Shown: positions 14,788 to 29,242 of the stretch, piece by piece
How positions within the stretch are numbered: position 1 is the stretch's first letter
Layout of the letters: every line of letters begins with the position of its first letter
NCBI GenBank assembly: GCA_964016885.1
Contig: OZ024758.1
Location: 11,098,001-11,162,000 of the forward strand
From: Eledone cirrhosa
Taxonomy: Eukaryota
Direction of reading: 5' to 3'
DNA: 64,000 nt
Notes under the pieces: generated by a model
What the model was told of the DNA's origin: nothing
The model's input: the letters and a program-made list of their open reading frames with translations, nothing else
The model's database searches: none
Program-made: the position numbers and the translations under genes

Positions 14788-14925
14788 ATGATTTCTACTT
14801 TAGGCACAAGGCCAGCAATTTAAAGGGGACGGGTAGTTAATTAAATTGACTCCAGTGTATTACTGGTACTTAAAATTATTGACCCCCGTAAGGATGAAAG
14901 GTAAAGCTAACCTCAGCGGGATTTG
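14788..14925 (-). mobile_element. SINE family A, longer-tail variant, 5'-truncated
   Basis: Same core with an extra GGGGAC...TTGAC insert; a related older copy is at about 12935-13160. Confidence 0.75.
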
Positions 14926-16050
14926 CTGTGATGGTAGTAATAATGTTGTCTTGCTAATGGAGTTTGGTTTCATGTGGTACAACAGGATGTTAAGAGTTTA
15001 AGGTGTAAACTGTCCATTTTCTATATGGAAATATGTGTAGATATTTGGTGGTTAAGAAGATGAAAGAAGGCGAAAACTATACAGCAGTGAATTTTAAATA
15101 TGTCTGTGAACTGATGAATAATAGGTGTCAATTAAGTTGTGAAGAGATAATAATGAAGGATAACAAAATATAAAAATTCTTTGCATAAAATTATGTATGT
15201 TAATAATTTAAAGCTTTAATTTAAAATAGATTTTATTTAATCTAATCAACCACAATCATTGAAAACTAACAAATAATCTTCCGTTTGGATTCTCTTTGCT
15301 TTCTTTCATTTTATTTTTAAATAATTTCAATAAATCATTAAAAAACATATATAAAATGTTTAAAATATTGATGAACCCTACAGATGTCATTGATTAAACA
15401 TTGTTTCCGAGGCTGGTGTTTTTCATTATTGAACATAAATTCAATTTTAATGGTATATCATTGGAAAATGTCATGCATACATTTGGCAGCCATGTTTTTT
15501 TGTTGTTGCTTTTTAAAATTTTGAAATGATGATCAAAGAATGTGACTGCCATTATGATAAAGCTGAAGGAAAAGACATTAAAATATTTCAAAGTAACATT
15601 AAATATTTGCTTCAAATTAAATAAAATAGACATTTGCATGTCTTGTGACGTCCAATCAATGAAAATATTACTGTAAAATTAAAATTGCCTTCAATTTCAG
15701 CAGAGACTGATTTGGGAGTGTTTGTTTTATTGTTGTTTTTTGTCACCCAAATGTCTAGACTTTAGTCAGCAAATGTATATTTTATGTTTGGTAACATGGT
15801 TTCATGGTTATTTAACAAATTTAATCACAGCTGATATTTGCTTTATATAATAGAACATTAGTTAATATAAAAAAAACAAACATTGCAACTTCAGTTAGTA
15901 AAATAAAGATAGCCATTTTGTGCATATATGTATGCATATAATGCGTAATAGTTGTGCATAATAAACTTACTTGAGAGGTGAGGTTAGTGAAAGACATATT
16001 TTATCAGAATATGCACAGGTTACACAAAAAACTGCTTGTTGTCAACTCAC

Positions 16051-16107
16051 CCCAGTTGGCCAAATGGCGCTGTGAACACCACCTCGGTCGCAATACAATG
16101 ACTCCGT
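16051..16107 (-). CDS. Candidate 57-nt phase-0 exon (TESLYCDRGGVHSAIWPTG)
   Basis: Acceptor CTTTTGTAG|ACG, strong donor GGG|GTGAGT, CpG-containing unique sequence, compatible with the phase-0 end of exon 30846-31026. Confidence 0.45.
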
Positions 16108-16493
16108 CTACAAAAGTTGGACGCACTAGGTATAAAAATGTGCTGGTAAAAAACATACTGAAGTTGACACCACAAAAATAGACCAATTTTACAGAATATA
16201 TTGCAGAAACAGAGAGTTATAAAGATACAAAGAACAGTGTGATATAAATGCAACTGGCAACAACAAGCAACAAAATAGACAAGTAAAGAAGGCACCAAAC
16301 ACTGCACCAACACATATAAGGTAAGATATATAAAGATATATATGCATGCTATTTAAATATATTTTACAATCATACACAAGACGGAACAAGAGGAATCTAA
16401 TAAAACACTGACAACATGATATTCAAATTAACAGCTACAAGAAAACTAAAGAAGCAGATATATATACACTTGAAGCAAACAAGAACTGTAACC

Positions 16494-16564
<71 letters not shown>

Positions 16565-18342
16565 GACCCATGCAAGTGCCAAACCGAATGATTAATCAGA
16601 CTCAATGCTTAAGCCAAATGATCTGCTGGTATATGTTATATAATGTTATAAAGCAACACTCTATAACTAAATCATAATATATTATTTATATTGGCCATTA
16701 TGTGAAACTAGAGATGTCCAACTGTAATAGCAATGATGAGTAATGAGGCAGAGAAAAGAGATTCAATTTTTAGTAAGAGGTTAAAATCTTTCTCACATTT
16801 CAAACGACATATCACTTTAGTTAAAACAATTTACAAGAACCATTCCACCATTCCAGTTTAAAATATGAAAGTCAAATCAATAACTAAGAGACATTAGATT
16901 ACTATTGGTTTACTATTTACTACTAAGGGTTATTGTGACAATGATCTGATCAGATAAAGGGGTTCTCTTTTCATGTGTGTGTGTGAATGTTTTTGTGTGT
17001 GTTTGTGAATGCTTGAGAATGTGTTTGTGAGTGTGTTTGTGAGTGTGTTTGTGTGAATGTTTGTGTGAATGTTTGTGTGTGTCTATGTGTGTGAATGTGT
17101 GAATGTTTGTGTATGTTTGTGTGCGTGTGAATGTGTGTGTGTGTGTATGTGTTCCAGTTAGTTTGGTACCAAAAGTGATAATGGTAACTCAGAGCTACCA
17201 AACTGTTTTACTTTGTAGAGGGATGGGTGTTCCAGTTAGTTTGATACCAAAAGAGGTTAATGGTAACTTATAGAGTTATAAATATAACCAAAAATTCCAT
17301 GATGGAAAAGCATCGTTAATAGAAAAAGATACGACAGGATGTTAATTAGAAGGTAACTCCATTATCCACCTTTCTCTCTCTCAATTATTATTGCTTACAA
17401 ATGATGTGTGAAAAATATGTGAGATGAAGAAGAAGAAGAAGATAAAGATAACTGACTGAATGATGAGAAGAGGAGTGATGAAAGCTGAAGATGAATGCGA
17501 TAACAGGTTAGATAACAACAAAGGAATTACCATTAGAGGAGAGATTACAGGCTTGTAATATTTCTTGAATCATTATCTTAATATATTGGATGATAACATT
17601 TTATCTCCTACTACTTAGTAGTGAGGTAAAAGGTAACATCATTAAAATCTCACAGGTATATAGTATAATTAATTATATATATAATTAATTATGTATATAA
17701 TTGACTGTATGTTTAATGGACTCTGTATATAATTGACTGTGTGTGTCCTGTTTAGAATAGGTACACTATCTGTATTGAATTTAGAGAAGATACACCATGT
17801 CTCTGTGTCCCAAGAGGCAACTAAAAGAGTAGAAAGCATGAAGGGTGTTCAACTATAAGACCTTGCCTTTGAAAGGACCTTACATCATGGTGCCAGCAAG
17901 CAAGGGTAACCCCTGCTTCTGTGAGGTGTATAGTCTTAAAATATTTATTATTGTGTAGCGTATAATTAATTAAACCTCGTTTACAAATTATTTCAGGATA
18001 AAGTCTTCAATAAACCAGACTAACATCAACATCTGCTGTAATCTTCTCAAATGAAGAATAAAGTTGGAATTCATATTTTTATTTCTAACATTATTAATAT
18101 GTAAATTTATGTGTTAGATGTGTGCAAGCTTTCCTTCTAATATTGATATGTAAATGTGTTTGTGTGTGTTAGACGTGTGAGAGCTTTCTTTCTAATATTA
18201 ATATGTAAATGTGTGTGTGTGTTAGACGTGTGAGAGCTATCCTTCTAATATTATCTCATTTATATAATCAGTGTTATATCATCCCTGAAGTTATCAACTT
18301 GAGATAAAGTTAGGCTGGTGTGAGGGTGAAAGGTGGGATGAG

Positions 18343-18940
18343 AAAGACAGAGAAAGAGAGAAGAGAGAGAGAGACAAGGAAAGAGAGAAGAGAAAGAGAT
18401 AAGAAAGAGAGAGGATAGAGATAAGGAGAGAGAAGAGAGAGAGATAAGGAGAGAGAAGAGAGAGAGATAAGGAGAGAGAGATAAGGAGAGAGAAGAGAGA
18501 GAGAGATAAGGAGAGAGAAGAGAGAGAGATAAGGAGAGAGAAGAAAGAGAGATAAAGAGAGACAGAAAAGAGAGATAAGGAGAGAGAGAAGAGAGAGATA
18601 AGGAGAGACAGAGAGAAAAGAGAGATAAGGAGAGACAGAGAGAAGAGAGAGATAAGGAGAGAGAAGAGAGAGAGAAGAGAGAGAGAAGAGAGAGATATGA
18701 AGAGAGAGAAGAGAGAGAGATATGGAGAGAGAGAAGAGAGAGAGAAGAGAGAGATATGAAGAGAGAGAAGAGAGAGAGATAAGGAGAGAGAGAAGAGAGA
18801 GATATGGAGAGAGAGAAGAGAGAGATATGGAGAGAGAGAAGAGAGAGATATGGAGAGAGAGAAGAGAGAGAGATAAGGAGAGACAGAGAGAGAGAGAAGA
18901 GAGAGATAAGGAGAGACAGAGAGAGAGAAGGGAGAGAGAA
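18343..18940. repeat. Polypurine (GA)-rich tract
   Basis: AAGAGAGAGAGATAAGGAGAG-type mosaic. Confidence 0.9.
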
Positions 18941-19038
18941 ACGATGATAAGAGTAGAAAAAGGAAGGTGTAATTAGAGAACATGTTAACTTCTTTAAATA
19001 GCATTAATATTTCAAACAGGAAGTAGAAAGTAAAGGAA

Positions 19039-19098
<60 letters not shown>

Positions 19099-19899
19099 AC
19101 ACACATGGTAAAATACCATTCTTGATGTTTTAATTCTATCTTTCTATCTTTTATATATTTTAACCTGAAAATCTGCAATTAATGACCTCCTAGTCTTTCC
19201 ATTTCAATCAGGGTTAGTAATATAAGTGTTAGTAATATATACAGGGTTTAATTTAGTCAACTGTATTCATCTGCTGGAAAAATAAACTGACCTTGTGTCT
19301 ACGAATGATATCACTATTTCTGGAAGGAATTGGTAAATGCTGTAGAAAAATAAAGGTAAAATCTTGAAATGGCAATCCTATTTTTTTAAATATTATTATT
19401 ATTATTATTATTATTATTTTTTGTTAGTTGAAGAAGACATGAATGTTACAATAACCCATAGCTTCTCATATGTGGCAATGTTACTAGTCAGATAAAATAT
19501 ATATATAATTATATATTTATTTCCAGAGGAGATGGATGGATGGTGAATAGATGAAATGATGGGTGGATAGATAATTAGGCAAAGATATAATCTAAAATGT
19601 ATGGGTAGATCAGAAGATATTATTGTATAATGGCTGTTTGGAACCAAGAGATGGTATATTCATTATTTTATATTTATATATATAATATACGATATGTGTG
19701 GGAGTACATTTTTTAAAATCACTCAGAAAAGCCACACCATCAATACAGAAATTTATAATGGTCTGTCAAAGTATACTGAAAAGAGAGCTAGTCAAAACTA
19801 TGAGATGAGATCATATATATATAAAGTAATGACAGAGTCAAGACATCTGGCCTGAGTCTGTTTCCCTGACTCAATCTGAATATTGGATGTGATGAGATA

Positions 19900-19938
<39 letters not shown>

Positions 19939-22900
19939 AAGAGGGTTATGGTGGAGCCAAGACATCTGGTCTGAGCCTGTTTTCCTGGTTCAAATGGAAT
20001 ATTGGCTCAGATAATAAACAACTTTAAAGATTAAACATTAAAATACTTCAATCACTCTTTTTAGAAGAAACACAGCTATAAATATTTCCATTAACTTTAA
20101 TGCTAACATGTAAGCATTTTATTGTTTCATTCATTATTGATTTTATTATATATACAATTATTATTATATATTGATATTTTGCTTTCTTAAGAGCTTTTCC
20201 TAAAACCAACAACTAGCCTATGGATCGAAACAGTCTATATTTTCTCAGACAGATTGCCTGTCTATTATATAAGATCACATGTTCAGCAAAATAAATGAAA
20301 TATAGTCAAGCTTTTCTAACACATGTATTTCAGTATATCTTTCTCTCTACTTTCAGAAAAGTAGTATTTGTTGTTGTTATTCTTGTTTTGGTTCTTATCT
20401 GTTAGTTTACAGTGGCAAAGTAATATTCTCTTAACCCTTTTAAGCTCTCTGAGATTGGAGAATGGTGATGATTGGGAGAAAGTGTGGGGGTGCAATATAC
20501 ATTTATTTTCACCAGAAGCTGATTTATGACAGGAAGAAAAATATGGAAGATGTAGAAATTACATATGGTTTTCTTTTATATTAAATTACATGAGGTTTAT
20601 TTTTATTATTATTTTTATTATTGTTATTATTATTATTATTATTATTATATCAAAAGACTTGGGACCCTGACTTCATAGGCAGTACCCAAATTTCTACCAT
20701 CCCCTGCAGTGGAACCCCATCCCTGGTTGACCTCCACTACTTTCTGTTTGGTTTTGGTCCCCAGAAATTTAATATGAAAGGTGAAAAAAACCCCAAAGAA
20801 GAATTAAACCAATTTACTCTGCTTCAGTCTGAAATACATCATCAGAATTTATTTTAAAATAAATTCATTTAGTTACAAATACAAAATACTTCTCTACTGG
20901 CAGTTCCTCCTCAACCCTATGTGTGTGATGTTATTAGTAATATTGACCCTCAACAAATAGCAATGTACACTGTGTGCAACTGACCACATAGTTTTAAACT
21001 TATATTAAATTAAATTAATTTTAAAAATAAATTGTCTATCCACAGAAATATGAAAAACCTTTTCAGAATTCAAACATCAAACATTTAATTCATTCACTTG
21101 AAGGGGAGAAAAATAATAGATGAATATGGCGAATATAAATACGGAATAGAACCATTTTGGGGGGCTGATTAATGATTAAATAAAATAATTATTGATTATC
21201 TAAAATATATATACATTGACAAACAGAAGAATATTCCAGAAAATAAATGGTTAAATAACAATTATTGATTATAATCAAATATTCTAGATAATTATCTAGA
21301 ATATATGTATTGACAAACAGATGAATATTCGAGTAAATAAAAATGAAAATAAAATAAAATATGAATTAGAAATGGTTTTTTTAAATTATTTACAGACTGA
21401 TGAAAAACTGTGCTACATGAATGTGTTAAATTGTAAAGAATCTGAAGAGAATTGTAGGAAAAAATAGCTGTAAGATTGAAAAAGCCATAGAATTCAAACG
21501 TAAACAAATTCACAATACACATTGATGAACAAGAAAATGGGGGTTATTTTGACTAATATAAATGCTACAGTTTGTTAAAGATACATTAACAAAAACAACG
21601 CTGAAACTCATTTCTTCAAGACCAAAGCAAAATTCTTCTTCATTCTTCAGTGCAATCGAGAACTGAACAAAGTTATAAATAAATTAAAATGAAATAAACT
21701 AAAAGGTAGTAATAATAATAATAAAATATCTAAGGCAAGAGACGATGATGATGCAAAATAAGAGAGAACTTAAAAGGGAGAGTCAGGAAGGAAGCATTGT
21801 GCTTGGTGTTTAAATCATAGTTCTACATAATGCAAAACATTTACGGGAGAAACACAAGCACAGATAAAACTGACATCTACTAAAGGACAAATAGCACATG
21901 CATAAGGCATGCCCCCTTCTTCAAGGAAATATTAGTTATGATATGATCTTGCATAGTCAGGTATGATTTTGGGACTGACACAGAAGATAAAATATAAATA
22001 TTCATATAGCAACAATGTGCTTTACTTTAATTTGAACTTTTTTAAGGGAAACTTTTCCCTGAAAATAATAACACCCTTTTTTTTCTTCTCTTATTTAAAA
22101 TCATCTAGCATTATGTCTTTCGGTTCATAGCAAAATATTGCTAAAATAATAATATTAATAACAATATAAAATATATTCAATATGTCTCTCTCTCTCTCCA
22201 TATATATATATATACATATATATACATATATACCCGCCGAAATGCGATTCTCGCTGAATTTATATTTATATATATATACGTATATACATATATATACACA
22301 CACAGATATATATATATATATATATATAACTGGCATGGGTTAGATAGGTCTGCCCTAGCAGAGTATAATGTACTAATGAGGTTCAACTCCCTGAAATCAG
22401 CTTTTATCAACCCCTATTTCTTGAATCATTGGATCCTTGACTCTTACACCCCTAGTATGGTTTAGAAGTTAAGGGCTGAAACGCTTGAGGGGAGGTTTCT
22501 TCTCTGAAGACCTTCTGCTTTCCAGCTCTCCTGTGAGTTTCTTACCACTTAGTGAAGTATGGTTTAACATGTAAATCAGTTTAATTTGAGAAGGATAGGC
22601 AGAACATTAATGAAAAGGGCTGTAGTTGTGAAATTAAACCAATAATACCATATTGATTGCTTACAGGAGAAATGTTAGATTATTTTTAAGTTCTAGGAGG
22701 ATAAAAACACACATAAAAGTGACTGATTCTTGTGAGATATTTAAAGCAATGTTAATTAGTGAACAAGGAATAAGATCTGGTTACGGTGAAAAGCTACATA
22801 AATGTTTGTTAAAAGTGAATTTGCATAATCAGTGTTTAATTTAGCTACAGTTAAAAGCTACACAAACCTTTGATTGGCTATAAAAACTATCTAGAACAAG

Positions 22901-23269
22901 TTTTAATTGGCTAAACTTATATATACCTAGAAAAGCAGTTAGAAAATTAGACCAATAAGAGGTTGATTAGAATAAATAACTACAGCAAGGTTTCCTTAAG
23001 GTGAGATTATTAGAAAGGATAACTAAAGTAGTTTTTACATTGGATAGAAAAAGTAGATCTTGAAGTATTTCATTGGTCAGAGAGGATGGTTCATAACCTT
23101 TATTTGACCGTATTGTACAGCTCTGATTAATTGGTTTACAGATTATGAAGAATATCTAGAGAAGTATTTTGACATATTGTTGTAAAAAGCTTAAGTAGTG
23201 TGTGTGTATGTATATATATATGACTTGTTCTTCTTTTTGGTAAATATCATCTTGGTTAAGAGAGTGGGA

Positions 23270-23530
23270 CTGGCTTTGTGCAGTGCCTTTGCTCACTATA
23301 AAAGCTTCACAGCACAGGCATTGCTTTATATCTGGAGATCTCTCTGCACTTGTCATCACATGGTACCATGGGCCCAGCACTATGTGTCAGTAATTGTCAC
23401 AAGTGTAGTGTTTGTTCCAGAGTTTTCAAGTCGCTGGCTGGACTAAAAAGTCACTCATTCAGCGCATCGGTAGGGGTTCTCCTACATGGATATAAAGTAG
23501 TGGCCGTACTCGAAAACGAGTTGGCAGCCA
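23270..23530 (+). mobile_element. RTE-BovB-like LINE 3' fragment with a C-terminal zinc-finger motif
   Basis: CSVCSRVFKSLAGLKSH followed by a short UTR and (TA)n. Confidence 0.6.
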
Positions 23531-23561
<31 letters not shown>

Positions 23562-23817
23562 GCCATACCAGGAACATACATTTCATTGGCTTGGAGGGGA
23601 AAGCCTTTTCAAACTATGCCAATAGAATTGAACCCACTAAGCCAACAAAATGTATGTACCTGATATGGTTCTGTTGTAGTAACTCGACTTAATACTTATA
23701 TAAACATTGTCCTACAAATTTGAGTTGCTCTCTACTTTGGATGTTTCTATCAAGCTATTTATACACACACACATATATATATATATATGTATGTATATAT
23801 AAAGGACAATCCCTAAA

Positions 23818-24163
23818 TCATTTCATTCATTCATTTCATTTTACGTCCGCTTTTTCCCTGCTTGCAAGGGTGGGACGGGAACTGATTCTGGCTTGATTTC
23901 TACAGCTGGATGCCCTTCCTAACACCAACCTCATTTACAGTGAGTGTTGGGTGCTTTTTTGCCGTGGCGCCTCCACGACCACTTTGCAGTGGAATGATAG
24001 GGACCCCAGTCCCTATCATCTCATTTCTACAGCTGAGTAAACTGGAGCAATGTGAAATAAAGTGTCTTGCTCAAGGAAACAACACATCACCCAGTCTGAG
24101 AATTGAACTCACAACCTTTCCATTGCAATCCCAATGTTCTAACCACTAAGCCATGTGCCTCCA
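23818..24163 (-). mobile_element. tRNA-derived CORE-type SINE family B
   Basis: A box TGGCTTAGTGG, B box GAGTTCAATTC, CORE-like CCTTGAGCAAGACACTTTATTTCACATTGCTCCAGTTTACTCAGCTGTAGAAATGAG, tail ...GGACGTAAAATGA(n). Confidence 0.85.
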
Positions 24164-24336
24164 TATATATATAATGTTGCCAAGAATAGCACAGCATTTG
24201 ATGGGTCTGATAGGTTTACCATAATATAAATATTTATTATTTGAAGCTGTGTTATATTAGTTACAATGAGTCTCTACACGTTTAGTTAAAGCAAACAACA
24301 GAACCACCATTGCTGGGTACATTACCCAACAGTAAT

Positions 24337-24690
24337 AGTTGTTTCTACTTTAGGCACAAGGCCAGCAATTACCCAGTGCATTACTGGTATTTTATTTTAT
24401 CGACCCCGTAAGGATGAAAGGTAAAGTTAACCTCGGCGGGATTTGAACTCAGACCATAAAGGACTGTAATTCTATTACACAACAGTAATAATTGTTTCTA
24501 TTTTTGGCACAAGGCCAGCAAATACCCAGTGCATTACTGGTACTTTATTTTATCGACCCCGGAAGGATGAAAGGCAAAGTCAACCTCGGCAGTAATAATT
24601 GTTTCTACTTTTGGCACAAGGCCAGCAATTATCCAGTACATTACTGGTACTTTATTTTATCGACCCCGTAAGGATGAAAGGCAAAGTCAG
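24337..24690 (-). mobile_element. Three tandem truncated SINE family A copies
   Basis: Repeated TTGTTTCTA...GGATGAAAGG blocks separated by CAGTAATAAT. Confidence 0.85.
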
Positions 24691-25395
24691 TAATAATACC
24701 ATTTAGTTGTAGTTAACCAGACCAATAATATAAATGGTTGATTACAAGGAACTAGAGAGTAATATTAGTAGCAGACTATATTAATATTAATATTGATTGG
24801 TTTATAATTAACTATATTATATTATATATACAACAATGTTGATTAGCTGCAGTGAATTACAAAAGCAATCTTTGTTGGTTTAGAGTGAAATAGCTAGATT
24901 TGTTATGAGAGTGATACTACTTCTAACACAACACAGCAACAGCAGCGAGAGAAAAAGATGAACATAAGAAAAAATACATTTATAATTTAGTTTAAATTGT
25001 TTGAGGAAGGAAAACCAGTATAATGTAAATTAGAAATAAAGGAGAGAGAACAGGAGTAAAGTAAAATAAAACAACAGTTTATATTTAAATTTGATATTTT
25101 GGGGGTTAATGGAAAAATAAGAAAATGGAGTGTGATAGTGTGACAAGGTGGGCTCTTGTGTATCACATATCAGATATTGTAACAGTATAACTATACTATT
25201 GTGTATGACAGTGTGACAAGCTGGGCTCCTGTGTAACACAGCAGTCAGATATTGTAACAGTATAACTATACCATTGTGTGTGACAAGCTGGGTTCCTGTG
25301 TAACACAGATATATAAACTATCGTATCAATATCATTGTAACACAGATATATCAGATATTGTGTACCCTTCATTGCATGTCACCATAAGTCCAGCC

Positions 25396-25622
25396 CCAGA
25401 TGTCTAGCTTCAGATGTCCAACACCAGATGTCGAGCACCAGATGTCCAACACCAGATGTCCAGCACCAGATCTCCAGCACCAGATGTCCAGCACCAGATC
25501 TCCAGCACCAGATCTCCAGCACCAGATCTCCAGCACCAGATCTCTAGCACCAGATTTCCAGCACCAGATGTCTAGCACCAGATGTCCAGCACCAGATCTC
25601 CAACACCAAATGTCCAGCACCA
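25396..25622. repeat. 14-bp tandem repeat
   Basis: (CCAGCACCAGAT[C/G]T)n. Confidence 0.9.
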
Positions 25623-26520
25623 TATATCTATACAAAGGTACACAGCTCACCACTCTTATCACATTCCATTTGCTTTTTATTTCCAAAAAACAAGTTAGAC
25701 CACCAAACTAACATGAAATATAAAATATAAACTGTTGTTTTATTGTCTTCTATTTTACTCTCATTTTAACTCCTTTATTTCTAACTTCCATTGTACTTTC
25801 CTAACTTTAACCACATATCTTGATTCATATCAACTATACTACTATGTTACATTTTAGTTTAACTTATATTAGACATGTATAAACAAATTAATAAACATGT
25901 AATAATGTGTTTTTGTCTAAAATACTAACTATACTAACTAAACATTAAATCACTAATTCTATTAACTATATTAACTTAATAATAAATCACATTTAGTTGG
26001 AAATTCATTATATTGTTATATTTTTATACATTCATACTAAATTTCTTTAGCATCATGGTACATGTTGGTGTGTGGGTGTGTGTGTGTACGGACATGGGTG
26101 TGAGTGAGTATATGTATGGACATGATTATGTGCGTGCATGGATATAAGTATGTGCTTGTGTGATATTGTGTATGTTTGCATGAGTATGTGTGTGTTTGTA
26201 TGAGTGTATGTGTGTGTGTGTAAGAGGGAATCATTTCTATAATTGAGTTTCTGAGTGAAATGATGATTATTTAGTAGCTCCCTGCCCCTTCCTGAAAGTT
26301 AGCTCCAGACAGAAAGTTATTGGAATCTGTCAGTCCTCATATTTTCATGGAACTATTTAACTCTGTTCACATTCTGTACCAACCATGAGATACGATATGT
26401 ATGACGAAAGATACACATAACGTTGATTGCTTTTGCTGATTACATCACAAGCGGTTAATTGGAATGACTAGATTGCAAACCTAGCTACCTATTAGTTGAA
26501 CCTTGCAACGTAAATGATAT

Positions 26521-26850
26521 CATCATCATTCATCATCATCATTTCATTTTACATCCGCTTTTCCCTGCTTGCAAGGGTGGGACGGGAACTGATTCTGGCT
26601 TGATTTCTACAGCTGGATGCCCTTCCTAACACCAACCTCATTTACAGTGAGTGCTGGGTGCTTTTTTGCCGTGGCACCTCCACGACCACTTTGCAGTGGA
26701 ATGATAGGGACCCCAGTCCCTATCATCTCATTTCTACAGCTGAGTAAACTGGAACAATGTGAAATAAAGTGTCTTGCTCAAGGAAACAACATCATCCGGT
26801 CTGAGAATTGAACTCACAACCACCCGGTCTGAGAATTGAACTCACAACCA
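26521..26850 (-). mobile_element. SINE family B (5' part missing, local duplication)
   Basis: Match to 23818-24163. Confidence 0.85.
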
Positions 26851-27635
26851 TATATATATATATATAGTAGATATTGTTTTCAGTAATGTGTTGCACCACA
26901 TTCTGAAAAAAAATATCTACTTTGCGATGGTTTTCAAGGATTTCTTTAGCTTTGGCTATTTCAGTAAATAATAGAACTCCTCGAGTTCTTTAGACTATGG
27001 TTAAGCCTCATAAGTGACAGGAATAAAGAGAATGAAACCTTATTTTCTTTGACAAAATAATTCTTTACTTCGAACAAGTAGCCACTGCTTTAATATATCG
27101 ACAAGAACATGAGTGACATGGTTTAGCTCTCTCTTTATATTTGACAAATAATAGTGAATTAACGGACTCATTACTGTCACTGTCAGATAAAATATTTTAT
27201 GGTATTTAGTCACAGCTTTTTAGCTACCAGCTTCAAATCCTGTTGAGATTAATTTAACCTTTCATCACTCTACAGTTGATAAAGTACCAGTCAAGTACTG
27301 GAGTTGATAGAATCCTTAAATTGCTAGCTTTCTACCTAATTTAAAATCTATATTTATTCTACAGAGTGTACTGGGTGTATTCTATTGTAGCATCAGCACT
27401 AGGGAGGTTGTCAAGTCTTTGACAAAACTGAAGAGTCCGCTTGACACCTTGTTTGCCCTTTCTTATCACCAACCACTTTACAGAGTGTACTGGGTGTATT
27501 TTATCATATCACTAACATTAATGCATGGATGTATAAATGATAGTGTATATTTGTATGTATGTGTATGGATGTTTGTACCCACATATGTGTGGACATGTGC
27601 CTAAGTGTGTATGCACGTGAGTTTCTGATTCTGTT

Positions 27636-27810
27636 TGTATAAAGGTATATTTATATAAAGCTGTATTTATATAAAGGTATATTTATATAAAGGTAAATTT
27701 GTATCAAGGTATATTTATATAAAGATATATATTCATAGAAAGATATATTTGTACAAAGGTATATCTTTATAAAGGTAAATTTGTATCAAGGTATATTTAT
27801 ATAAAGCTAT
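27636..27810. repeat. 16-bp tandem repeat
   Basis: (AAAGGTATATTTATAT)n. Confidence 0.85.
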
Positions 27811-28191
27811 ATGCAGGAGCAAATATGTGTGTATGTACATTTGTAAATGTGTGTGTGTGAGTAAGTGATTATTTATGTCTCTGTGAGTGTGTGAGTTGTA
27901 TGTTGTATGTATGTATGTCTCTATACATGTATGAGTGTGTGTAGGTGTACAAGTGTGTCAAATTAGACAACTATTGTGTAGGTGTAGAAGCAACAAGCAA
28001 TCTCTCCTTGTCAGACACTTGAATATTCCAAGTCACAAAATCACAATTCAAACAAAATGTCATCACAGCTCTAGAGAATCTTAAACAGTCCAAATAAATT
28101 CTATTTCTAGCATGGTTCTTAATTTGATCCAAAAATCAATAACTAAATATTCTTCATCATCTTATATTTGCCATGTTAAGATTGTTTAAAC

Positions 28192-28458
28192 CATCACAGC
28201 TGAGGTTATTACATTTACCCATCATGTAACATTTAAGTCATCACAGTTAAGGTTATTACATTTACCCATCATGTTAAGTTTAAGTCATCACAGCTGAGCT
28301 ATTACATTTACCCATCATCTTATGTTTAAGTCATCACAGCTAAGTTATTACATTTACCCATCATCTTATGTTTAAGCCATCACAGCTAAGGTTATTACAT
28401 TTACCCATCATGTTAAGTTTGTTTTAGCCATCACAGCTAAGGTTATTACATTTACCCA
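28192..28458. repeat. About 46-bp tandem repeat, about 6 copies
   Basis: CATCACAGCTAAGGTTATTACATTTACCCATCAT... recurs. Confidence 0.9.
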
Positions 28459-28511
28459 CACATAAAATAATATTGATTGCCAACATCGACAACAACAACA
28501 ACAACAATAAC

Positions 28512-28712
28512 AACGACATGCTGTGACACCTCTAGTGGCAACCTGGTGTGTTCAACTACCAACCCAGGCCCCAGCTGCCCACCAAGCCGAAGAGAGCAAA
28601 CTGTCCAAGTATCAGCTGCTCTCTGATAGCTTTGTGGTAGAGCCTGTAGCAGTGGAGACTTCCTGCATTCTTGGCCCACCCCGGACCACATCCCTACTCA
28701 CTGCTATCGGAG
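28512..28712 (+). mobile_element. CRE-like non-LTR retrotransposon fragment (REL endonuclease region)
   Basis: TCCDT...AAHQAEESKLSKYQLLSDSFVVEPVAVETSCILGP...SLLTAIG matches the A-E-x2-K-x2-KY...P-x-AVET-x-G pattern of CRE-clade REL domains. Confidence 0.7.
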
Positions 28713-28999
28713 TGGATTATTGGACATATGATGATGATGATGATGATGATGAGCTATGTGACCTTAAAGATAAACTATATTTTATAAACAACTAAAGTTT
28801 AAATATTAGAAGTTAAGCCATCTATTATGTATTTGTATGTGAAACTTATAACCCAGTTGGTATTTTAGCTCAAATATTCCATAGAAGCTCATACTACATC
28901 ACCTAAGGTTATCTCCATGTTCTTGATGTGTGTGCAGTATTGGAAGTTTGTAATTGTCCTGGAGAGAATTTACACAGGCATATGGTTAGAATTGCTTGA

Positions 29000-29185
29000 C
29001 AGATTTTACAGGAGAAACCAACTGGTAGCAGGAAACCCAAGGATAGACCTTGAGTAAGTTGGTTGGATAACATCCAGGAACTCAGCTGGTCTCGCTTGGG
29101 GATCCAGCCAGATCAGTTGGAAAAGGTTGCTTTTGACAGGACTTACTGGAAGGAGTGTTTGAGGACTCACTCTCAGGAATATGTG
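29000..29185 (+). mobile_element. RTE-clade LINE 3' fragment (related pieces at 31270-31345 and 55190-55340)
   Basis: KPTGSRKPKDRP*VSWLDNIQELSWSRLGIQPDQLEKVAFDRTYWKECL. Confidence 0.7.
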
Positions 29186-29242
29186 GGCAAAGACAATGAC
29201 AAAGAAGAAGAATGAAAAGAAGATAATTTAAACCTACATTAG

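Noticed and set aside
23350-23562. C2H2 zinc-finger gene fragment
   Set aside because: A single finger lacking the second His and the linker, better explained as an RTE-BovB C-terminal motif.
23910-24149. Recurrent ORF MPFLTPTSFTVS... (also at 26617, 29258 and 43658)
   Set aside because: Antisense reading of SINE B copies, not a gene family.
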